64,000 nucleotides of DNA from a virus. The stretch covers positions 49,998 to 113,997 of IMG/VR virus record IMGVR_UViG_3300044675_005482. One strand, given 5' to 3'. Position numbers and translations under genes: made by a program. The stretch's first letter is position 1. Each line of letters starts with the position of its first letter. The notes under the pieces were generated by a model. The model did no database searches, had not been told where the DNA came from, and worked only from the letters and a program-made list of their open reading frames with translations. Below, piece by piece: positions 1 through 9,184 of the stretch.

Positions 1-2124
1 GAATATCAAAAGGGTGGACAAGAAGCTTTTAGAGTAACATACCAAGCTAAATTTTATACCAATCAAAACTACGTAGACTATAAAATTATTAGATGGGGAT
101 CAAGCTTAACAATGTCTCCGACTGCTTTTGGTATGTACGCAAATGGCTCATTAGTTGCTAACACATATTCGGGACCATTTGTTTATAGTCCTGGAGTTAC
201 AATGCGTGTTTATTATGATGGAAGTATTCCAACAGCTTATGTTGGATTTACAGAGATTCCAGCAGCAGTACCAAATGATGCAATGCTAAATGCTGGTGCA
301 GTATCATCTGGATCTGCAGATGATGGTTATTTAACTTTATCTACTGCAGCAAATCAATATAATCCACCAACATTAACATCTGTAAGTGCATCTTCCACTG
401 GTACTTCTATTTCTGCAACATTTACAACTGGAGCTGATTATAACGGACATAATTATGTAATTAGGACTGGATCACACTTTGGAACTCTTATAAATAGTGG
501 AAGCTCATTTAGCGGTGCTTTTGCGTATGATAACCTTTCTGGAGGAACTACATATTATGTTACGCTTACACCATTTAACTCTCAATCACAAACTGGCTCA
601 TCATCTCAATTTAGTGTAACAACCTCAAGTAATCCTGGAGCATTTAGCGTTAACAGCGGAAGTAAATTTAAGCCACCAACGTCATTTGGAACTAGAACAG
701 TTACTGTTGGATGGTCAACATCACTAAATGGCCCCAATTATGAAGTTCAATTAGAAGGTAGTAGTGATGGATCTACGTGGGCAATATGTACTGGAAGATG
801 GCCAGGAAACACAGTAGATACAACATTAAGTTTAGCTGGATCTCCTTACTTTACAACAACTTCAATAACAATAACAAATGTTCAATATTTTAAATTTTAC
901 CGTGCTACTGCAAGAGCAAGAAATTCAAGTTTTGATTCTGCTTCTGCAGCATACTCAAATGGCGGAACTTCTACAAGCCTTCAATACTATCAGTTAGCTG
1001 GAGAAAATCCAGGAACTCCAGGAATTGGAACAATAACTTTAGGTAAAACTTCTGCATCAATACCATGGACATTTCCAACAAATACTGGATCCAACTTTAT
1101 TGATTGGGTACAGTTTTCGTTAGATAACTCTACATTTAATAATGATTTTACTACACCATATGCATTTACTGGTTTAACAGCAGGAACAGCATATACGTTA
1201 TATTATAGATCATTAAACTATGATGGGCTTTTTTCTTCTACTCTAACAAGCTCATTCACAACACTTGCACTTCAACCACCAAATACTCCAGCCGCACCAA
1301 CTGCTGGAACAACCAACAATACAAGTATTGCATGGAGCTGGTCTGCTCCAACAGTAGACTCAACACACTTAGCAGCTACTGGATATGAATATGCTCATAC
1401 ACAGTCTGCATCAACACCAACAAGTGGTTGGACGGCAACAACGGCTACATCTGTTACCATAACAGGGCTTTCTCAAAATACAACATATCATATGCATATT
1501 AGAGCAACAAACGCTGACGGAACTAGCGGATCAAGTAGTGCTTCTAAGACAACCACAAATGTAGTTGCAACAAGCTATACTGTTACTTATAGTGGAAATG
1601 GAAATACTGGAGGTACTGCTCCAACTGCACATTCAACTACAAGCTCATTAACAATTAAGGCCCTGCCTTCACCAGCCTTTACAAGAACAAACTGTACGCT
1701 TGGATCGGGATGGAATACGGCTGCAAATGGAAGCGGAACAAATATTGCAGCTGGAGACACATATACACCTACAGCAAATATTACTCTGTATGCAAAATGG
1801 ACTGCAAATTCTGTATCAGCAGCAGCTCCAGCAAACTTTACATTCGTTGGAAATATTAACAACAACACTCAAAAGCAGTGGAGCTGGAGTGCTCAAACAT
1901 CTGTTACAGGTGGAACGGCAAATGGCTACAGGTGGCAGCTAACAACAACAAACCCAAACGTTGCTGGATGGAACGGGGTATTTACAGAAGGTACTCAAAC
2001 GGCAACATCCCGTACTATTTCTGTTGCAAATGCTTCTTCAAACCCTAGATGGATGAGAGTATGTGTAAATATAACAGACGGCCTTGGGGCTGCAAAAAAT
2101 GGATCATTTACTCTATGGAAATAG
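1..2124 (+). CDS. Tail fibre/receptor-binding-like protein, 5'-truncated, with fibronectin type III and Listeria-Bacteroides (InlB B-repeat-like) domains
   Basis: Frame is open from base 1. Ser/Thr-rich, with FN3 signatures (LSGGTTYYVTL, GLTAGTAYTLY, GLSQNTTYHMHIRATN) and a YTVTYSGNG...GWNT...ITLYAKW repeat. Confidence 0.75.
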   Translation, partial: EYQKGGQEAFRVTYQAKFYTNQNYVDYKIIRWGSSLTMSPTAFGMYANGSLVANTYSGPFVYSPGVTMRVYYDGSIPTAYVGFTEIPAAVPNDAMLNAGAVSSGSADDGYLTLSTAANQYNPPTLTSVSASSTGTSISATFTTGADYNGHNYVIRTGSHFGTLINSGSSFSGAFAYDNLSGGTTYYVTLTPFNSQSQTGSSSQFSVTTSSNPGAFSVNSGSKFKPPTSFGTRTVTVGWSTSLNGPNYEVQLEGSSDGSTWAICTGRWPGNTVDTTLSLAGSPYFTTTSITITNVQYFKFYRATARARNSSFDSASAAYSNGGTSTSLQYYQLAGENPGTPGIGTITLGKTSASIPWTFPTNTGSNFIDWVQFSLDNSTFNNDFTTPYAFTGLTAGTAYTLYYRSLNYDGLFSSTLTSSFTTLALQPPNTPAAPTAGTTNNTSIAWSWSAPTVDSTHLAATGYEYAHTQSASTPTSGWTATTATSVTITGLSQNTTYHMHIRATNADGTSGSSSASKTTTNVVATSYTVTYSGNGNTGGTAPTAHSTTSSLTIKALPSPAFTRTNCTLGSGWNTAANGSGTNIAAGDTYTPTANITLYAKWTANSVSAAAPANFTFVGNINNNTQKQWSWSAQTSVTGGTANGYRWQLTTTNPNVAGWNGVFTEGTQTATSRTISVANASSNPRWMRVCVNITDGLGAAKNGSFTLWK

Positions 2125-2156
2125 TATAATCATATGAGATATGTTATAATTACAAT

Positions 2157-2378
2157 ATGAGAGACTTTACGCATATATCTAATGAAGATAAAATAAGCAT
2201 TATAAACGGAAGAATTAGAAATTTAGAATGGAATCTTTATAATTTAGAGGCTGGACTAGTAGAAGAAAATGCTAGAGAAAATATAATATCTGAAAATGTT
2301 ACTAATATAACTAATGAAATATTAGAGACTAAAAGATGTATAGAGGCTTTAGAGGTAGAGCTAAATAGCTTAATCTAG
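2157..2378 (+). CDS. Small coiled-coil protein, paralog of 2426-2653
   Basis: ORF; leaderless start 6 nt after TATAAT; EDKISIIN..YNLEAGLVEENA. Confidence 0.7.
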   Translation: MRDFTHISNEDKISIINGRIRNLEWNLYNLEAGLVEENARENIISENVTNITNEILETKRCIEALEVELNSLI

Positions 2379-2425
2379 GTATTGCCTAAAATTTACTAAA
2401 ATGCTATAATAAAGAAGGAGGAAAG

Positions 2426-2653
2426 ATGACAACATTAACAAAAGAAGAAAAGATTAATATAATCAATTCTCATAAAAGAAGTCTTTTGTATTCTCAATAT
2501 AATCTAGAAGTAGATCTTATACAAGAAAATGCAAAGACCACAGTAGATCCAGAAAATTTGGCTGTAATTAATAACCAGATTGCTGAATCTCAAAAGCAGA
2601 TAGATGCTCTAACTGCTGAGGCAACTAGACTTACAAACTTAACAGAAGCATAG
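2426..2653 (+). CDS. Small coiled-coil protein
   Basis: GGAGG RBS; EEKINIIN..YNLEVDLIQENA. Confidence 0.75.
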   Translation: MTTLTKEEKINIINSHKRSLLYSQYNLEVDLIQENAKTTVDPENLAVINNQIAESQKQIDALTAEATRLTNLTEA

Positions 2654-2659
2654 GATACA

Positions 2660-2857
2660 ATGACAAACAGCAATCCAGAAAAATTTGAATTAGTCATAAC
2701 TGCCTTGCAGCAAAGAATAGGTGAACTTGTCTCAAACTATGAGACTCAAATTGCTATTCTTCGTGCAGACCTTACTCAATTAGTAAAAGAAAAGGAATCA
2801 AAAGATGGGGCTATTCAAGAGTACTCAGACTCCCTTAATAATCTCACAGCCAACTAA
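2660..2857 (+). CDS. Hypothetical coiled-coil protein
   Basis: ORF in operon context. Confidence 0.7.
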   Translation: MTNSNPEKFELVITALQQRIGELVSNYETQIAILRADLTQLVKEKESKDGAIQEYSDSLNNLTAN

Positions 2858-3203
2858 TTTCCCATCTGGCATAGCAGTTAAAACAGACAAGAATACATAT
2901 TGGATTAAAGATTCTAAAAGGTATAAGTTAATATCTGACCGTGCTGCAAACTCATGGTCATTTACAACTGTTAATGCCACAGAAGAAGCTTTATCTAGCA
3001 CAAAGCTTGTTGGCAAGCTAGGATTTAGAGATGGAACCTTGATAAAAAACATCTCAGATGGTAAAATGTATTTAGTATCACAGAATAAACTAAGACACAT
3101 TTCTGACCCAGATCTATTTTTAAAATATGGTTTAGACAGATCAAAGGTTATAGAAGTATCTGATGCAGAAATTAAGTCACATGATTTAGGAGAAAATTTA
3201 TAA
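2805..3203 (+). CDS. Hypothetical phage protein
   Basis: ORF coupled to the next gene (TAATG). Confidence 0.7.
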   Translation: MGLFKSTQTPLIISQPTNFPSGIAVKTDKNTYWIKDSKRYKLISDRAANSWSFTTVNATEEALSSTKLVGKLGFRDGTLIKNISDGKMYLVSQNKLRHISDPDLFLKYGLDRSKVIEVSDAEIKSHDLGENL

Positions 3204-3625
3204 TGGCATTTAATGATGGAGAGCCTTTAGACGCTGCAAAGCTTGGGGCATTAGAGCTACAGATTAATAATCTAAGCGCTAATATACCAAAGATTGGTGC
3301 ATCTACTACAAATGTTACTGTAAATAATCAGACAGTCCAGCAAGCAAATATTCCACAAATAGTAGGAAATGCATTTGGAGAACCATGGGCATTAAAATTA
3401 GGACACAATACTAAAGACTTTCAGTTTCCAGGAACTGGATTAAATAGCATTCCTAAGGCAGTGATTCTTACTACAAGACACGGTGGGTCTAAGAATGTTT
3501 GGACTCCAGCGGTAGGTACAAAAACTGGAAGCATAACACAATCTGGTTTTACGGCACACGTATTCTTGCCAAGTGGTTGTACTCCACACAATATCTATAT
3601 CAGCTATATGGCAATCTGCTACTAG
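3203..3625 (+). CDS. Hypothetical protein, possibly tail-associated
   Basis: ORF; beta-rich C-terminus ending ISYMAICY. Confidence 0.6.
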   Translation: MAFNDGEPLDAAKLGALELQINNLSANIPKIGASTTNVTVNNQTVQQANIPQIVGNAFGEPWALKLGHNTKDFQFPGTGLNSIPKAVILTTRHGGSKNVWTPAVGTKTGSITQSGFTAHVFLPSGCTPHNIYISYMAICY

Positions 3626-3708
3626 TTGACAACACAAGTTAATATGTTACACTTACGGTGTAACATCAAAGTCACGCACCCGTGACTTTTTTCGTATAAA
3701 GGCGAACA

Positions 3709-4509
3709 ATGAGCAACGATTTAAAGTGGATGCTTTCATCCGACCAGCAGTTTCCGTATCAAGACGACAAGATGATTGCCCTATGGTTTAAGGTAATGAA
3801 ATGGTTCAAGCCAGACGTTGTAGACTATCTTGGCGATACAGATGACCAAGCTTGCTACAGCAAGTATACAGAAGGAAGATCGGCTGAGTTTTTAAACTAT
3901 CACAAGACAGAAAGCGGAGACCTCATTGTTCCAATGATGCGTCACGAAGCAAAGGGTGCAAGAGATTTCTATGCAAAGACAAGAGACATGCTTCCAGATG
4001 CTCAATTATTTTCTGCTTTAGGTAATCACGACATTAGAGTATTTAATTATGTAGATGCAAAGCTTCCAGAGTATATTAGCGAAGTAACTCCAGAATCTTT
4101 GTGGAGCCTTGACTCTTTAGGATACGAATACATTTATTACAATGAACTTCCTAAGCGCCGCTTTGGAGACATACATGTACACCATGGACTTTCTGTTTCA
4201 GCAACTGGTGCTGTTAGAAAAGACATGGAAGATTTACAGGTTTCATTAATTCGTGGCCACTCACACAGAATTGCTTCGCATATGGTAACATATGAACTTA
4301 GAAATAATGGAGAGGGAGAAACTCTGCGTGGCTATGAAATTGGACATATGTGTGATGAAAAGAGTGATGGCATGAAGTATAGCCAGCATCATGACTGGCA
4401 AAAGGGGTTTGCAGTTGCACATATTGTAAACGACTATCCACACATTCAAATGATTCACGTATCCCCAGACTACTCATGCGTAGTGGATGGAAAGGTGTTT
4501 ACTTTATAA
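3709..4509 (+). CDS. Calcineurin-like metallophosphoesterase
   Basis: SDQQ, LGDTDD, GNHD, HHG and GHSH motifs. Confidence 0.9.
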   Translation: MSNDLKWMLSSDQQFPYQDDKMIALWFKVMKWFKPDVVDYLGDTDDQACYSKYTEGRSAEFLNYHKTESGDLIVPMMRHEAKGARDFYAKTRDMLPDAQLFSALGNHDIRVFNYVDAKLPEYISEVTPESLWSLDSLGYEYIYYNELPKRRFGDIHVHHGLSVSATGAVRKDMEDLQVSLIRGHSHRIASHMVTYELRNNGEGETLRGYEIGHMCDEKSDGMKYSQHHDWQKGFAVAHIVNDYPHIQMIHVSPDYSCVVDGKVFTL

Positions 4510-4694
4510 TGTGGTGCCAAAAATGTAATGGCAGGGTTTTTGTAGATAGAGTATTTTCACAAAAATTACATATGGAGCTATTCTGCATAATGTGTGGAAA
4601 GCGTTGGATGATTAATAAGGAAACGAGTGCTTTCGGTAAATGGCTAGATCAAAAAGAAACGGCAAATCAAAAAGCTTACGGTATTTCTTCCTAA
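4509..4694 (+). CDS. Small zinc-ribbon protein
   Basis: CQKC...CIMC. Confidence 0.7.
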   Translation: MWCQKCNGRVFVDRVFSQKLHMELFCIMCGKRWMINKETSAFGKWLDQKETANQKAYGISS

Positions 4695-5119
4695 ACGATA
4701 AGATACATAAGGTATTAAAGCTTTCAAGGTCTAAAGACGAATTGGTTGCTTGGTGCTATCCAGACAAAAAAAGATATATGTACTCCTATTCTCAAGTTAA
4801 AAAGCATATGGAGAATGCATACGATCTAACTGAAGTTGGATCAATGCTGGGCAAGCACAGAGTAACCATACTTGATTATATACTTGAAGGAAAGATCGTT
4901 GCCCCACAGAAAGTTTATCCAATAGGCAATCCAGAAAGCACATGGTCAAAGTATATGTTTAATCAAAAAGACATATACGGATTACATGAGTTTATTTTAG
5001 ATTCAGGGCATGCTTCAAACATGCCTTCTAAAATAGAATTAACAGCGCTTCTCAAACACAACATTATATTGTATACTAAGACCGAATCGGGATTCGTACC
5101 AGTATGGAAGGCGGAGTAG
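4640..5119 (+). CDS. Putative HTH DNA-binding protein
   Basis: YDLTEVGSMLGKHRVTILDYILEGKI resembles an excisionase/MerR-type HTH. Confidence 0.6.
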   Translation: MARSKRNGKSKSLRYFFLNDKIHKVLKLSRSKDELVAWCYPDKKRYMYSYSQVKKHMENAYDLTEVGSMLGKHRVTILDYILEGKIVAPQKVYPIGNPESTWSKYMFNQKDIYGLHEFILDSGHASNMPSKIELTALLKHNIILYTKTESGFVPVWKAE

Positions 5120-5228
5120 TGGAAAAGGGAAGAACTGTTAACTGTGAGCTTTGTGGAAGAGACATAGAAGTTCGTTGGGGAATATTTGCTAACGAAACAT
5201 TATCAAGACATAAGAAGGCGGAACATAA

Positions 5229-5432
5229 ATGACAACGAAGGTAAAAGTAGACCTGTCTTTTACAAGAAATCTTGGGAACTATGAAAGCATTAAAATTGGA
5301 ATAGGTATTGAAGATGATGTACGACAAGGTGAGAATGTTGATGCTGCAACAGAACGTGTATACAAATTTGTTGAAGATAAGCTAATCCAAAAAACTCGTG
5401 AGGTAGAAGAGGAGCTTAAGGGTGGCAAATGA
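5229..5432 (+). CDS. Conserved phage hypothetical protein
   Basis: TRNLGNYESIKI motif; ORF coupled to neighbours. Confidence 0.7.
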   Translation: MTTKVKVDLSFTRNLGNYESIKIGIGIEDDVRQGENVDAATERVYKFVEDKLIQKTREVEEELKGGK

Positions 5433-5745
5433 TAGATCTCCATATATCTTAATGTCAATGTATCAGGCACTATATAAAGAAAGATATGGCACTGAGCCAC
5501 GAATGAATAAGTTTCGTGAGAAGTGGGCTATGCAAGATGTTATTGATAGTGTAGGATTAGATCGTGCAAAAGAGATACTGTCGTACTACTTTACACTGCC
5601 AAAGGGTGGCCACCCACTCCAATTCTTTCTGTATAACTTTGATAGAATAGATGCAGCTATTTCAGAGGCTGAAAAAGATAAAGAACGTCGTCGTTTGTTA
5701 TTAGAGGAAACGAAAAATTTAGTTGAAAGAGGCGGCATAGAGTGA
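5422..5745 (+). CDS. Hypothetical protein upstream of helicase (possible loader)
   Basis: ORF overlaps the helicase start; function inferred from position only. Confidence 0.6.
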   Translation: MANDRSPYILMSMYQALYKERYGTEPRMNKFREKWAMQDVIDSVGLDRAKEILSYYFTLPKGGHPLQFFLYNFDRIDAAISEAEKDKERRRLLLEETKNLVERGGIE

Positions 5746-6989
5746 ATACAGAAGCAACATTAATTTCTGCTGTATGTAAGAATAAAGATATTAGCACATT
5801 GCTGGCAGATAACGTAGACGAACTCTTTACATCGCATAGAGACATCTGGGAAGGTTTAAAATCTTATTACTATAAGTTTAAAGCTGTACCAGAAGCTGGT
5901 GTGCTGCTTGAAAAGTTTAAAGATTTTGAGATTGACCCAAACGCAAAAGCTGAGACTGGATACTATTTAGACAAACTAAAGAACGAGTATCTAACTAATA
6001 GGCTAAAGAATATTATTCTTAAGAGCGGCTCAATGCTTAAAGAAGATGCAGCATCTAGAGTTCTTGAGCAAATGCAAGTTCAGTTATCTTCTCTTAGCAA
6101 ATTTACTAGCAATGTTAGAGATTTAGATGTTACTGATATTGAAAATGCTACAAAGCACTTTGAGGCGGTAAAGCTTAGGTCTGCTGAAATGGGTGGATCT
6201 CCAGGAATTAAAACTGGGTTTGAAGCTATTGATTTAGCATACCCAACTGGTATGGCTCCTGGACACCTTATAGTTGCTATTGGTTGGCCAGGCCGTGGTA
6301 AGACATGGTTTACATCCTACCTCGCATGCAAGGCTTGGGAACAGGGATTCAAGCCAATGATTGTTTCACTTGAAATGTCACCAGAAAATATGCGTGACCG
6401 TATATTTACAATGTTAGGCTCTGGACTATTTCGTGCAAGTGATTTGTCAAAGGGTGACATTAACATTGACGATTTCCGTTCTTGGGGTAAAAAAAGATTT
6501 GATGAAAAGAATGGATTCGTTCTTGTATCAAATGAGGGAATGGCAGAAGTTACTCCTGCAACTATTCAGGGTAAGATTGATCAGCACAAACCAGACTTAG
6601 TTATTTTAGATTATCATCAGCTGTTTTCAGATAATAAAAAATCTATGGGTGCTACAGAGCGTAACATGAATATCTCTCGTGAGTTTAAAATGTTAGCAAT
6701 GAGCAATAACATTCCTATTATTGATATTACTGCAGCAACTATGGACGATGTATCAGATCAGGATAATCCTCCGATGCTATCTCAGGTTGCTTGGTCTAAG
6801 GCTATTGAATACGATGCTGATATGGCTATTGCAATTCATAAATATACTGGAACAAATATGGTTGAGGTGGTTTCAAGAAAGAATCGTCACGGCCAAGAGT
6901 TTGGCATGTATCTAGATTGGGATATCAACCGTGGTATTGTCAAAGAGATTTACGAAAATCCTTTTGCGAATGACGCACAAAAGAATTAA
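5742..6989 (+). CDS. dnaB: DnaB-like replicative helicase
   Basis: Walker A GWPGRGKT, SLEM, ILDYHQL, IEYDAD, KNRHG. Confidence 0.95.
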   Translation: MNTEATLISAVCKNKDISTLLADNVDELFTSHRDIWEGLKSYYYKFKAVPEAGVLLEKFKDFEIDPNAKAETGYYLDKLKNEYLTNRLKNIILKSGSMLKEDAASRVLEQMQVQLSSLSKFTSNVRDLDVTDIENATKHFEAVKLRSAEMGGSPGIKTGFEAIDLAYPTGMAPGHLIVAIGWPGRGKTWFTSYLACKAWEQGFKPMIVSLEMSPENMRDRIFTMLGSGLFRASDLSKGDINIDDFRSWGKKRFDEKNGFVLVSNEGMAEVTPATIQGKIDQHKPDLVILDYHQLFSDNKKSMGATERNMNISREFKMLAMSNNIPIIDITAATMDDVSDQDNPPMLSQVAWSKAIEYDADMAIAIHKYTGTNMVEVVSRKNRHGQEFGMYLDWDINRGIVKEIYENPFANDAQKN

Positions 6990-7272
6990 AAGATTTCAGG
7001 TTGATGTCGAGTTTGGTGATAATGCACAGATTATAAGCTTAAGGCCTCAGTACGAAAATTTGTTAGTGCACGACATGAGGTCAAAGGGATACGTTAGGGT
7101 ACTTGACATAGACCCAGCGTTTTCGGTAGAATTTACAGGTGAAACATGGAAGTTCTTAATGACTCTTCATGGCGTATACGTAGGAAAGAAGAAGGCATGG
7201 CAATCGGAGGGTATAATACAAAGCAAGTTGATACCACGCAATATTCCCCAGCACACATTAAGTCAATATTAA
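6970..7272 (+). CDS. Hypothetical protein
   Basis: ORF between helicase and primase. Confidence 0.65.
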   Translation: MTHKRIKRFQVDVEFGDNAQIISLRPQYENLLVHDMRSKGYVRVLDIDPAFSVEFTGETWKFLMTLHGVYVGKKKAWQSEGIIQSKLIPRNIPQHTLSQY

Positions 7273-8195
7273 AATCAATTGGCTTAGAGATAGTTGGAGA
7301 AACCAACAACGATTTCCTATGCTACTGCCCATTTCATTCAAATAGACATACATCAAGCTTTAGCGTAAGTCGTGAGAAAGGCGCTTTTATTTGTTTTAAT
7401 CCAGCATGTGGAGAAGCTGGAACCTTATTAGATTTAGTTAAAAGAACAATGCAGAAGAATGATTTTGAGTCTATGAGGTTTATATCCTCAAAAGAAACAG
7501 AGGCATTAGAAAACTTTGATGAGCTACTTAATGATGCAGTATCAGACAAGCCTGTATTTGAAGAGTTTCCTTATGAAACCTTAGTTAAATTAAATGATGA
7601 TTTGGTTACTGAATGGAAAGCCCAAAGGTACTTTGAGTCCAGAGGAATTACTATGGAGTCTGGAAAGTATTTTAATTTAGGGTATTCAAAAAATATGGAC
7701 ATGGTTACAGTGCCAGTTCACAGTCCAGACGGAATGCCAATTGGTATTGTAGGAAGATCAATAGAAGGAAAGTCATTTAAAAACAGCACAAACTTACCTA
7801 AAAGCAAAACTCTTTTTAATATTCACCGTGCTAAAAAGATTGGCGGAAATGTAATAGTTGTGGAGTCTAGCTTTGATGCAATCCGTGTGCATCAGGCTGG
7901 CTTCCCAAACGTTGTTGCTACCCTTGGTGGCTTTTTGTCAACAGAGCAACAGCATTTACTAAACAGATATTTTAATAAGATATTAATAATGACAGACTCA
8001 GATTTAGCTGGCAGGCAATTAGGCTTAAGCATAGCTAATAAATTAAAGATGAAAGACCTCTTGTGGGCTTCTTACGAATATGGTAAGATATATCCACATG
8101 ATGCAAAAGATGTGGGCGATATGACTGATGAAGAGATTAAAGCCTGTATTAAAAACGCTGTATCCGATATAGAATACAGATCCTGGAACTCGTGA
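7197..8195 (+). CDS. dnaG: DNA primase (CHC2 zinc finger + TOPRIM)
   Basis: CPFH...CFNPAC, VVESSFDA, DSDLAG, KDVGD. Confidence 0.95.
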   Translation: MAIGGYNTKQVDTTQYSPAHIKSILKSIGLEIVGETNNDFLCYCPFHSNRHTSSFSVSREKGAFICFNPACGEAGTLLDLVKRTMQKNDFESMRFISSKETEALENFDELLNDAVSDKPVFEEFPYETLVKLNDDLVTEWKAQRYFESRGITMESGKYFNLGYSKNMDMVTVPVHSPDGMPIGIVGRSIEGKSFKNSTNLPKSKTLFNIHRAKKIGGNVIVVESSFDAIRVHQAGFPNVVATLGGFLSTEQQHLLNRYFNKILIMTDSDLAGRQLGLSIANKLKMKDLLWASYEYGKIYPHDAKDVGDMTDEEIKACIKNAVSDIEYRSWNS

Positions 8196-8247
8196 TATAA
8201 TACAAATACAGATGGATTTACACCATCAATTACACAAGGAGATATAA

Positions 8248-8919
8248 ATGAGTATAGTAAAAGGTCTAAAAGACTTAAACAAGGCACTAGATAAGCCAAC
8301 ATACAGTGGCGGAGATGAAAACAAAGGTCGCTGGCTAAAGATTGAAGATGGCGAAAGCGTAAAGATCCGTTTCTTGCAGGAACTAGATCCAGATTCACCA
8401 ACATATAATGACAAGCTTGGTTGCGGATTTATCGCATTAGAGCACACAAACCCAAAGGATTACCGTCGTAAGGCTCTAGACACAATGGAGACCGAAGGCC
8501 GTGACTGGGCAAACGAACAGCATCGTAAGGATCCAAAGGCTGGCTGGAAGGCAAAGACACGCCTTTACATCAACGTATTAGTAGATGACGGCAAGGAAGA
8601 ACCATACGTTGCAATCCTTTCACAAGGCACAAGTGGAAAAACAATCACACCTACTCTTATTGAGTATGCTGGCGAAATTGGAAGCATTACTAATCTGATG
8701 TGGCGCATTAAGCGTAATGGGCTTAAGACAGATACAAGTTACACAATCATTCCACTCGCAAAGGATGAGACCCCATTTGATTTCTCAGGTCTAGAATTGT
8801 TTGATCTTGAGAAGACAGCAGTCAGACACGTTCCATATGCAGAGCAGGAAGCTTTTTATATGGGCGAAGGCGGAAGCGCAGAAGAGTCTTCTTCTACAAG
8901 CAGCAGCCTAGACTGGTAA
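8248..8919 (+). CDS. Single-stranded DNA-binding protein (gp32-like)
   Basis: WLKIEDGESVKIRFL, acidic/Ser-rich tail ending LDW; lies between primase and polymerase. Confidence 0.7.
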   Translation: MSIVKGLKDLNKALDKPTYSGGDENKGRWLKIEDGESVKIRFLQELDPDSPTYNDKLGCGFIALEHTNPKDYRRKALDTMETEGRDWANEQHRKDPKAGWKAKTRLYINVLVDDGKEEPYVAILSQGTSGKTITPTLIEYAGEIGSITNLMWRIKRNGLKTDTSYTIIPLAKDETPFDFSGLELFDLEKTAVRHVPYAEQEAFYMGEGGSAEESSSTSSSLDW

Positions 8920-8927
8920 CATTAAAT

Positions 8928-8957
8928 AATAGGGCCAGTCTATTGACTGGCCCTATT
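8928..8957 (+). terminator. Intrinsic terminator overlapping the next promoter
   Basis: AATAGGGCCAGTC-tatt-GACTGGCCCTATT perfect stem. Confidence 0.75.
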
Positions 8958-8977
8958 GTATTTAGTAGAATAGCAAC

Positions 8978-9184
8978 ATGATATCATACGAAATACCAGA
9001 TCCATTTACTACATTTGTTACTAAAAAGTATCAAAACTATACTGGAATGGCTTATGATTTCTTTGCCAGAGAATGGCATTTAAAGTGTGCTTGTTGCAAA
9101 GAGGATCTATATGCACCAAACAAAAAGCTTATGACAAAGATTAGACTTTATCATACTAGAAACGAATGCACAGGCGGATATTAA
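8978..9184 (+). CDS. Hypothetical Cys/His protein
   Basis: Leaderless ORF after TTGACT-17-TAGAAT. Confidence 0.65.
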   Translation: MISYEIPDPFTTFVTKKYQNYTGMAYDFFAREWHLKCACCKEDLYAPNKKLMTKIRLYHTRNECTGGY

